A stretch of DNA of 64,000 bases, taken from the NCBI RefSeq assembly GCF_006345805.1, contig NC_043026.1, positions 6,138,001 through 6,202,000 on the forward strand, in the 5' to 3' direction. This DNA is from Octopus sinensis. Its lineage: Eukaryota. Both the position numbers and the translations under genes were made by a program. This document shows positions 26,201-37,200 of the stretch, piece after piece. How positions within the stretch are numbered: position 1 is the first letter of the stretch; each line of letters opens with the position of its first letter. Below the pieces are notes generated by a model. It saw only the letters and a list, made by a program, of their open reading frames with translations. It did not search any database and was not told the DNA's origin.

Positions 26201-26926
26201 CTGGCACCCAGCAGATGCCAGGACCCCTGGACTGGTGGTACGTAAAAAGCACTATCCGAATCGTTGCCGATGCCAGCGCCGCCTCGAATGGCTTCCGTGC
26301 CGGTGGCACGTAAAATACACGGATCCGACCGTGGCCGTTGCCAGCCTCGCCTGGCACCCGTGCAGGTGGCACATAAAAAAGCACCCACTACACTCACGGA
26401 GTGTTTGGCGTTAGGAAGGGCATCCAGCTGTAGAAACATTGCCAGATCAGACTGGGCCTGGTGCAGCCTCCTGGCTTCCCAGATCCCCAGTCGAACCGTC
26501 CAACCCATGCTAGCATGGAAAACGGACGCTAAACGACGATGATGATGATGATGATGATATATATATATATATGAAACTCGTCATTTCTTCAGGTGAAGCT
26601 TGTGTTGTACAAAAACCAAAGTGCTGTGGTAACGATGGTGTTTGAAGGGCAAAATACAAACCTTGAAAGCTAGCATGGAAAGCGGACGCTAAATGATGAT
26701 GATAATGATGATGATGATGTTCTGTGTCAGAGCTGCATTGCCAAAAACTCATTTAACCACAGAAGTCTTTTGTAATATTCCAAGAATCCTGGAACCAATA
26801 CCAAAATATTTTACAAACAGCCTTCGCTGTCCTAGTCTTAATTAAATGTTAAATCAAACAAACGTTGCTGGAGGAAAAGACTTTATTCTTTAACAAAAAA
26901 ACTAATTAAATAACAGGGGCAGTAGC

Positions 26927-27024
<98 letters not shown>

Positions 27025-27144
27025 AAGTAGTAGTAGTAGTAGTAGTAGTAATAGTAGTAGTAGTCGCTGCAGCAGCAGCAGCAATAGTAGTAGTAGTAGT
27101 AGTAGTAGCAGCAATAGTAGTAGTAGTAGTAGTAGTAGCAGCAA

Positions 27145-27184
<40 letters not shown>

Positions 27185-27226
27185 GGTGGTGGTGGTGGTG
27201 GTGGTGGTGGTGGTGGGGGTGGTGTG

Positions 27227-27258
<32 letters not shown>

Positions 27259-27260
27259 GA

Positions 27261-27294
<34 letters not shown>

Positions 27295-27401
27295 TGTTAT
27301 TGATGTTGTTGTTATTGTTATTTTCAGGAATTGCACTTGCTGATTCCATGGCCATCTTCATCCGTCTGAGACAAAACCAACCAATCCCAGTTTATGTCTA
27401 A
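22400..27401 (+). CDS. Paralogue B: same secreted family, 294 aa, 3' type T2
   Basis: Coding exons 22400-22694, 23289-23467, 24847-25010, 25941-26113 (173 nt, 3 extra codons), 27328-27401. GT-AG, phases conserved, no internal stop. AATAAA at 27480-27485. Confidence 0.88.
25143..25395. mobile_element. mariner-type MITE with long imperfect TIRs; mirror copies at 35597-35842 and 38577-38830
   Basis: TATTAGGTTGGGGCATAATTATTGCGGC...GCCGCAATAATTAGGCACCAACCTAAT. Confidence 0.7.
25396..25870 (+). mobile_element. Non-autonomous Helitron-like element; copies at 27619-27905(+), 32958-33625(-), 35305-35597(-), 38287-38578(-)
   Basis: A|TCTTTATATATAAAAG start, GC-rich subterminal motif, CTAG|T end, and an internal tandem unit of about 115 bp. 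Confidence 0.72.
26593..26671 (+). pseudogene. Orphan 79-nt fragment of T1-type exon 3 with its splice acceptor, inside intron 4 of gene B
   Basis: TCATTTCTTCAG|GTGAAGCTTGTGTTGTACAAAAACC... matches A/D exon 3 ([17 protein letters not shown]) and not B/C exon 3. Confidence 0.85.
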
Positions 27402-28168
27402 TGCAAGCACCGTTGTTGTTGAGCACCATCCATACCAATATGACCACCACCACTGAGCACGTGTCAGCTATTGTCACCGAATAAAGTTTCCACATTAACC
27501 TTTCGATCCGAAATCCTTCTCTTCTGGTTCTCTTTCTAGCTTCTTTGGTGACTCCAAAGAGTTGAGTTACATCACACTATGAAAAATATGGAACGTACAC
27601 TCTCTCAGGGAGATACGATATCTTTATATATAAAAGAGAGGTTGTGTGTCTGTCTCCTACGATTTAGATTCCTAACTACCCCCACATTTTGCGGTGCAGT
27701 TTAACCAAAACCGGGTATCTTATAGTCGTGATTCATATCGAGCCCTTCTGGGTATTAGCGCATGTCTACGATGAGTCTACGATTTAAAAAAAAATTTACT
27801 ATCATTTTTTCCATTTTTAATGCATTTTTTTGCTATTTTTTGGCTATAACTCTCTAAAAATGCTTATATAGTTATTTCCTTTACAAACCCGAGCGATACT
27901 GCTAGTACCTATTATAATGGGTAATACTACGTGTGCTTTTCATGTTTTTCATAGGGTGATGTAACTCTTTGGAATAACAATGTTTGCGGCTGAAGATAGC
28001 TTTAAACCATCCTTTATATCTATTATACACTGATGTAATAACAGATTGTTTATAAAGCTTGAAACATGTGTACCGCAACATCCTTTGTGTTCTGTTTTTG
28101 ATTTCATTTGATACACATACCCTCTCACCTCTGCCACTAGCTGGCATATACAGGTGCTTACACTTACC

Positions 28169-28232
<64 letters not shown>

Positions 28233-28788
28233 GTTTATATATTTGTTGTGCAAGATTTTTTATGTGAAGTCGTGTGTTGAAACAGATATTGTTATATTTC
28301 AGAAGAAATATTACAGGCATCCTCCACATACACACACTAAATAAACATAGACGCACATAGAGATATAAGCATGCGCAAATGAAGACATACAATAGAAATA
28401 CAAAATGGCTGACGGTTAGTAAGGAGAGACACACAAATAAGAAAGAAGAAAACAAAGGACCACTGATGAGGTCACAGGAGTGTGACGAAAGAACTCTGGC
28501 CGAAATAAGATTAATGTAAAAAGTAAATAACGCTGAAGCAAAGTAACACCCAATATATAGTGCATGTGTTTTTATTGGCTAAACTGGCAAAATGACCATT
28601 CCGAAATACAACAATATATATATATACATATGAAAGAAGGTTTGAAAATGCAATTTTAAAAGGTTTTTATTCACCTGACTGGTTTCACACCTTTTAAAAT
28701 TGCATTTTCAAACCTTTTTCCATATATATTTCCACTCGTGCAGTATCTTACAACTTCACTTTGTTATATATTATTATATATATATAAT

Positions 28789-28866
<78 letters not shown>

Positions 28867-28956
28867 ATATATATATATATTCTATCTATCTAATCTATCT
28901 ATCTCAATCTATCATCTATCTGTCTGTCTATCTGTCTATCTATCTATCTATCTATC

Positions 28957-28987
<31 letters not shown>

Positions 28988-30352
28988 TAATAAATAAAAT
29001 AGAACATATGCATATATATATAAACATATATGTACGTACCTACCTCTACATGTACATATACACGCATATATGAGTACAGGACACCAAAAGGACGTCGAAC
29101 ACAACGAGAAACGAAAACATAGACACAAACCAAAGGAACTGGACATTTATTTAAAAACAGCAAAAAATAGAATACAGGACAATTAACACAAAGAACAAAC
29201 CCCTTCTTCAGTCGCTAAAGGTTTCATCTACTCTGCGTTTCGAAGGATAAAAGCGAGACGTATCTTCGACAAGAAAACTTTCCTTCCTGCGAAAAGCAGA
29301 TCAATTAAAATTCTGAGATCTTTTCGCAGAGAGGTAAAAAATGGTAACAACAGGACAGTGACGACAGTACAAATTGTAAACAGTAAAAGACAGGACAAGG
29401 AAAAACAAGATAAGAAGGGCTGTTGACGCCGAACGAAAAAAGTATTGCAAACGCAGAATTTTTTATGGACGACGAGCGGAGGGAAAAGAGTGTCGTCCAT
29501 TACCTTGAGAGAGCCAGGCGAGAGAGACAGCAGCGGAAGTGACGTCGCGGGTGAACGACAGGAAGGCGGAAGTCACGTCGCGGGTGAACGACGGGAAGGG
29601 GGGAGGAGGAGCAAGAGAAAGGGAGAGAAGAAGGGGAATGGCTGCGAGGAAACCACGAAGAGTGGAGAGGTGGGGAGAGAGAGAGAGTGAAGAATGAGAG
29701 AGAGGAAGAGACAAGTTAAGTAGAGGAAAAGGAAAACAAAGAATGAAGGCTGAGAAAGGGATGGGACAGAAAGGTTAAGAGTGTGCATCAAAGTTAATAT
29801 CAAGAACAAAACTTGATATAAAGGACATATACATATGAAAGAAGGTTTGGAAATGCAATTTTAAAAGGTTTTTATTCACTTGACTGGTTTCACACCTTTT
29901 AAAATTGCATTTTCAAACCTTCTTTCATATATATTTCCACTTGTGCAGTATCTTACAACTTCACTTTGTTATATATATATATCATCATCATCATCGTTTA
30001 ACATCCGTTTTCCATGCTAGCATGGGTTGGACGGTTCAACTGGGGTGTGGGAAGCCAGAAGGCTGCACCAGGCTCCAGTCTGATCTCGCAGTGTTTCTAC
30101 AGCTGGATGCCCTTCCTAACGCCAACCACTCCGCGAGTGTAGTGGGTGCTTTTTACGTGCCACTGGCACAGGTGCCGGGGGAGTCTGGCATCGGCCACAA
30201 TTGGTTGGTGCTTTTAACGTGCCACCGGCACGGAAGCCAGTCAAGGCGGCACTGGCATCGGCCACGTTTGGATGATGCTTTTTATGTGCCACCAGCACAT
30301 TTGTATATATATTATATCATATATATATATTCTATCTATCTATCTGTCTATA

Positions 30353-30383
<31 letters not shown>

Positions 30384-30431
30384 AGATCTATCTATCTATC
30401 CATCTATCTATATATTATCTATCTATCGATC

Positions 30432-30481
<50 letters not shown>

Positions 30482-31733
30482 ATGTTCAATGAAGTGCGTC
30501 TTCTTTATAGCTTCATAAAACAAAAATAAGTTCATTTGTTTTCCAGTTAAGAATTAATACTATAAGTGAACAATCACAACTGTAAAGGTATCAGTGGACA
30601 GTCGGAGATTCTAACCTCTGTCTCGGCATTCAAAGACTGTGATGACCTCTGTTGCAGTTTGGAAGCAGTGGATAATTTGGTATGGTACTGACATTTCTGG
30701 ACAGTTTTCAAACTGTTATAATTACGGAATTACGTAATTCCATAAAACCTTTAGTATTTAAACCGGCCAAAATAGTTAATCTGTTTTATGTTCAAACTGA
30801 CCAGATCCAGGCCCTCACACCTACCCTACAATGTTATTCTACATTAAGTAATTACACCATCAAGATCTTGAAGATATGAGATAATGCACGATTAATTCAA
30901 ATCAATAAGCATTATGTTTGATAGAATAATCTGAACACTAAAGGGTTAAGAAAAGCAATCGCTCCCCTACTCCCCAACATCATCACCCCTCACAAACGCA
31001 AAACTCTTTTCTCTACAACAAAAACCACCACCACCATCAACAACACCTTCCCCACAAATAACCACCACTTGAACAACAGCAACAATACCTTATTGATCAC
31101 ACAGCTGACCATCTACCCAGAGCTTTCAAAGAAACGTGCCTTGTTACAATAACTTTACAACAAACCGTGGGTCCTTTTGTTTTCTGTTGGGAAACAATGT
31201 TTCAAGTGGACAATCATCTCAGAGTTACCTGAAATTGAGGGAGGCATCTGGATCAGATGTGAACCCATTGGAGCCGAAGGTGGTGATTGATTTACTACCT
31301 CCAGTCATCGATCAGGATGAACTGAACAAACTCTCTCTCTCTCTCTTTACTCTTTTACTTGTTTCAGTCATTTGACTGCGGCCATGCTGGAGCACAGCCT
31401 TTAGTCGAGCAACTCGATCCCGGGACTTATTCTGTTGTAAGCACAGTACTTATTCTATCGGTCTCTTTTGCCGAACCGCTAAGTAATGGGGACATAAACA
31501 CACCAGCATCACTTGTCAAGTTCTAGCTCTGTTAAAATATTTAGGAAAAATGATATTAATGTGTCCTACTTGTTAAAATTCCATTTATTTATTTGTGCAG
31601 CTGAAGATGGCATTGCATTTAACTTGATGTAATGGCATTTAACTTGATGTAATGATTGCATTGTTTAATTAAACGGAGCTGCTTGAAACGGTCGTACTGC
31701 ATTACTTCTTGATATCCCATTGGTAATTTTGAT

Positions 31734-31766
<33 letters not shown>

Positions 31767-32431
31767 GTATGTATGCATGCATGTATCTATGTATATATGT
31801 ATGAATGTATATATGTTTGTGTGTATGTATGTATGAATGTATGTATGTATACATATATATACATGTATGCATCTATGTATGTATGATTTTTCTTTGAGCG
31901 TATTTGAAGTTCATCTTGAGAAAATCGAAGCCAGTCTCTAACAAAGTGAAAAAAACCTTTTAGTTTGCAGAGTGTGGGCATCTATTCACATAAGAATCTC
32001 AGATGCAGAATTTTTGCAATGTCTTACAGATCTTCACTGTGCCATTGATTGGACTTTTTGACTTAAAAGATTTCCCAGTGTCTGTGAATATGTGGTTGGG
32101 TTTGTGTTTTGGTTGAACTGTCAATGTGTACATCCAAATGTATGCATCTATTCACATAAGAACCTCTGATGGATAATCTTTGGAATGTTTTACAGATCTT
32201 CACTGTGCCACTAATAAACTAGATTTACTCTTTACTCTTTTACTTGTTTCAGTCATTTGACTGCGGCCATGCTGGAGCACCGCCTTTAGTCGAGCAAATC
32301 GACCCCGAGACTTATTCTTTGTAAGCCCAGTACTTATTCTATTGGTCTCTTATATATATATAAAATGCAATTTTAAAAGGTGTGAATAAAAACCTTTTAA
32401 AATTGCATTTTCAAACCTTCTTTCATATGTA

Positions 32432-32477
<46 letters not shown>

Positions 32478-32511
32478 CAAGTGATTTGATCTGAGATCGT
32501 GTGCTGGAACG

Positions 32512-32691
32512 AAACAATTGCAGCGTAGAAGGTGTTTGTAAGCCATTAAGAAACACACAAAAGCCATTCGATTCACTTCAACATTTAAGTTTAATTTGCC
32601 AAAATATTTTCGTCTTAAATGTTGAAGTGAATCGAACTTTTGTTGTGTGTTTCTTAAATGGCTTACAAACACCTTCCACGCTGCAATTGTT

Positions 32692-32692
<1 letters not shown>
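32512..32692. repeat. Fold-back element (arms about 78 bp)
   Basis: AAACAATTGCAGCG...CATTTAAG and CTTAAATG...CGCTGCAATTGTTT. Confidence 0.88.
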
Positions 32693-32722
<30 letters not shown>

Positions 32723-33838
32723 TATATATATGATAAGTGTACGCACCTGTATATGCCAGCTAGTGGCAGAGGTGAGAGGGTATATATCAAATAAAATCAA
32801 AAACAGAACACGAAGGATGTTGCGGTACAAATGTTTCAAGCTTTATAAAACAATCTGTTCTTACATCAGTGTATAATAGATATAAAAGATGGTTTAAAGC
32901 TATCTTCAGCCGCAATGAAAAATATGAAAAGCACACGTAGTATTACCCATTATAATAGGTACTAGCAGTATCGCTCGGGTTTGTAAGGGAAATAACTATA
33001 TAAGCATTTTTAGAGAGTTATAGCCAAAAAATAGCAAAAAAAAATAAATATTAAAAAATGGAAAAAAAATGATGGTAAATTTTTTTTTAAACGTTTCGTT
33101 GACTCATCGTAGACATTTTTAGAGAGTTACTTCCCTTATATAATAGCGAGAAAAATATGCATTTAAAATGGAAAACAATAGCAAAAAAATGCATTAAAAA
33201 TGGAAAAAAAATTTGTGGTGAATTTGTTTTTAAATCGTTGATCATCGTAGACATTTTAGAGAGTTTACTTCCCTTATATAATAGCGAAAAAAAAAAAAAA
33301 AATGCATTAAAATGGAAAAAATATGATGGTAAACTTTTTTTTTAAATCGTAGATTAGACTATCGAGCCATTTTTAGAAAGTGAAAGGTACTTTCCTTATA
33401 TAATAGTGAAAAAAATGCATTAAAATGGAAAAAAAGATGGTAAATTTTTTTTAAAATTGTAGACTCATTGAGACGCGCGCTAATACCCAGAAGGGCTCGA
33501 TATGAATCACGACTATAAGATACCCGTTTTGGTTAAACTGCACTGCAAAATGTGGGAGTAGTAGGAATCTAAATCGTAGGGAGAGGAGACAAGACACACA
33601 ACCTTACTTTTATAATAAAGAATCGTATCTCCCTGAGAGAGTGTACGTTCCATATTTTCATAGTGTGATGTAACTCAACTCTTTGGAGTCACCAAAGAAG
33701 CTAGAAAGAGAACCAGAAGAGAAGGATTTCGGATCGAAAGGTTAATGTGGAAACTTTATTCGGTGACAATAGCTGACACGTGCTCAGTGGTGGTGGTCAT
33801 ATTTGTATGGATGGTGCTCAACAACAACGGTGCTTGCA

Positions 33839-33986
33839 TTAGACATAAACTGGGATTGGTAAGTTTTGTCTCAGACGGATGAAGATGGCCATGGAATCGG
33901 CAAGTGCAAATCCTGAAAATAACAACAACAACAACATCAATAACAACCACTACTACTACTACTACTACTATTGCTGCTGCTGCTGC

Positions 33987-34022
<36 letters not shown>

Positions 34023-34039
34023 CACCACCACCTATACTA

Positions 34040-34071
<32 letters not shown>

Positions 34072-34215
34072 TGTTGTGCTACTACTACTACTACTACTAC
34101 TACTACTATTGCTGCTGCTGCTTCTGTTACTACTACTACCACTACTACTACCACTATTGCTGCTGCTGCTGCTACTACTGCCACTACCACCACCACCACC
34201 ACCACCACCACCACC

Positions 34216-34248
<33 letters not shown>

Positions 34249-37200
34249 ACTACTACTACTACTACAACTACAATGAGCACTATTACTGCCGCTGCCGCAA
34301 CAGCTACCACCACCAACACTACTACAACTTTTAACACCACTACAACTACTACTACTACTACTGCTACTGTCCCTGCTGACCCTACCAAAACATAACAAAA
34401 AGTGTTTTCCACCATTTTGAAAATACTAAAGTTATTTAATTAGTTTTTTTGTTAACGAATAAAGTCTTTTCCCGAAGCATCGTTTGTTTGATTTAACGTT
34501 TAATTAAGACTGGGACAGCGAAGGCTGTTTGTAAAATATTTTGGTATCGGTTCCAGGATTCTTAGAATATTACAAAGGACTTCTGTGGTTAAATGAGTTT
34601 TTGGCAATGCAGCTCTGACAAAGAACATTATCATCGTTTAGCGTCCGCTTTCCATGCTATCATGGGTTGGACGGTTCGACTGGGGATCTGGGAAGCCAGA
34701 AGGCTGCACCAGGCTCCAGTCTGATCTGGCAGTGTTTCTACAGCTGGATGCCCTTCCTAACGCCAACCACTCCGTGAGTGTAGTGGGTGCTTTTTTACGT
34801 GCCACCTGCACGGGTGCCAGGCGAGGCTGGCAACGGCCATTGTCGGATGGTGCATTTTACGTGCCACCGGCACGGAAGCCATTCGAGGCGGCACTGGCTT
34901 CGGCAACGATTCGGATAGTGCTTTTTACGTACCACCAGGCCAGGGGTCCTGGCATCTGCCGGGTGCCAGTCATAGGATTGGTTCAATTTCGATTTCGATT
35001 TCAATTGGAACGAAAAAGAAATTTATAAACATGAAAACGAATAATGAAATACTTACCTTTGCTCCAAGTGGTTTTGGAACCACTCTTAGAGTAGTGGAAT
35101 GCAGGGAAAGGGTTCGATGTCTCCCAAGGGCAGGTTTCAAAATGTTCGTTAGCTTCATTAATACACAACCAACCAATGTCATATGGGCAACTCTGATGAT
35201 AGTTTTGACACATAAAAACGGCGGGCGTCGCGTTATGGCGTCAAAGAAAAGACAGGACATTTTCAATTGTTGGCACTGTTATCTATTATATTATATTATA
35301 TTAGCAGTATCGCCGGCGTTGCTCGGGTTTGTAAGGGAAAATAACTATTATAAGCATTTTAGAGAGTTTAAGCCAAAAAATAGCAAAAAAAAAAGGCATT
35401 TAAAATGGAAAAAATGATGGTAAATTTTTTTTAAATCGTGACTCATCGTACGCACGCGCAATACCCAGAAGGGGCTCGATATGAATCACGACTATAAGAT
35501 ACCTGCTTTGGTTAAACTGCACCCGCAAAATGTGGAGAGTAGTTAGGAATCTAAATCGTAGGAGACAGACACACAACCTTACTTTATATATAAAGATTAG
35601 GTTGGTGCCTAATTATAGCGGCTTGTTTTGACAAATTTTATTCAACAAAAACAACAAAACGAACAAAACATCTTTAAATGATTATTCCAGAGCATATTCA
35701 CCATCTACTTCAATTACTGCTTCCCATTTGCTTGGCAGACGGTCAAAACTATTATTTAAAGATGTTTTTGTAAAATATTGCTATGTTTTGTTGAATAAAA
35801 TTTGTTGAAAAGAAAGCCGCAATTAAGTATGCCCCAACCTAATATACATATGTGTGTGTGTGGTGTGTGGTGTTATATATATATGCTTGTATTGAGTTTA
35901 TATATAATATATATATACTGGGTTTGTGCAAAATGAAGTGAAAATAAAACTTACTTATGTCCAATAATAAAAACTTACCCAAATCCAGCTATGGAGAAAT
36001 AATTGGTTTTCCCTACTGTAGATCACTCCAGGGGGAACTTTTAGCTTGTCAATTGAGAACCAACTTTTAAGGGTTGTATCTCGTCATCAAACACCCTCGT
36101 TACCACAGCTGTTTGGTTTTCGTATACGAGTTTCACCTGAAGAGAGGATAAGTCTCTCTTTTATTTTTTTTTTCTCTTTTACTTGTTTCAGTCATTTGAC
36201 TGCGGCCATGGGAGAGCACGCCGCCTTTAATCGAGCAAATCGACCCCGGGACTTTATTCTTTGTAAGCCTAGTACTTATTTTATCGTTCTCTTTTGCCGA
36301 ACCGCTAAGTACAGGGACGTATACACACCAGCATCGGTTGTCAAGCGTGTCGGGGAACAACACAGACACACAAACGTACACCACACATATATATATATAT
36401 CATATACTGACAGGCTTCTTTCAGTTTCCATCTACGAAATCCACTCACAAGGGTTTGGCGGCCCGAGGGCTTTCTAGCAGAAGACACTTGCCCCAAGATG
36501 CCACGCAGTGGACCTGAACCCCGGAACCATGTGTTCGAAGCAAACAGCTACTTATCACACAAAGCCACTCCTGCCGCCTTTATATTATAAGTATATTTCA
36601 TTTTGATCAAAGGGGTCCCCGCAGGGGGACACCCCAACTCCCAATGAAAAATTCTTTCCCATGATTTAAATGAAACTTAACTCTTTAGCATTTAATCCGG
36701 CCATANNNNNNNNNNNNNNNNNNNNNNNNNNNNNNNNNNNNNNNNNNNNNNNNNNNNNNNNNNNNNNNNNNNNNNNNNNNNNNNNNNNNNNNNNNNNNNN
36801 NNNNNAGAACCAGAAGAGAAGGATTTCGGATCGAAAGGTTAATGTGGAAACTTTTTGCGGTGACAATAGCTGACACGTGCTCAGTGGTGGTGGTCATATT
36901 GTATGGATGGTGCTCAACAACAAACGGTGCTTGCATTAGACATAAAACTGGGATTGGTAAGTTTTGTCTCCAGACGGATGAAGATGGCCAGGAATCGGCA
37001 AGTGCAAATCCTGAAAAACAACAACAACAACATCAATAACAACCACTAATACTACTACTGACTAACTACTATAAACTACTACTATTGCTGGCTGCTGCTT
37101 CTGGTACTACTACTACACTACTACTACCACTATTGTGCTGCTGCTGCTACTACTACCCTATGCTACCACCACCACCACACCAACCACCACACCAGCACTA

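Larger units (their letters stand above)
24430..28790. repeat. Inner inverted-repeat arm (gene B 3' half), mirrored at about 32350-39575
   Basis: Same SINE, MITE, Helitron-like elements, exons 3-5 and downstream flank in reverse complement. Confidence 0.9.

Noticed and set aside
33839-36140. A fifth gene copy (exons 3-5 left of the gap)
   Set aside because: Best explained as overlapping contig ends, not a real paralogue.
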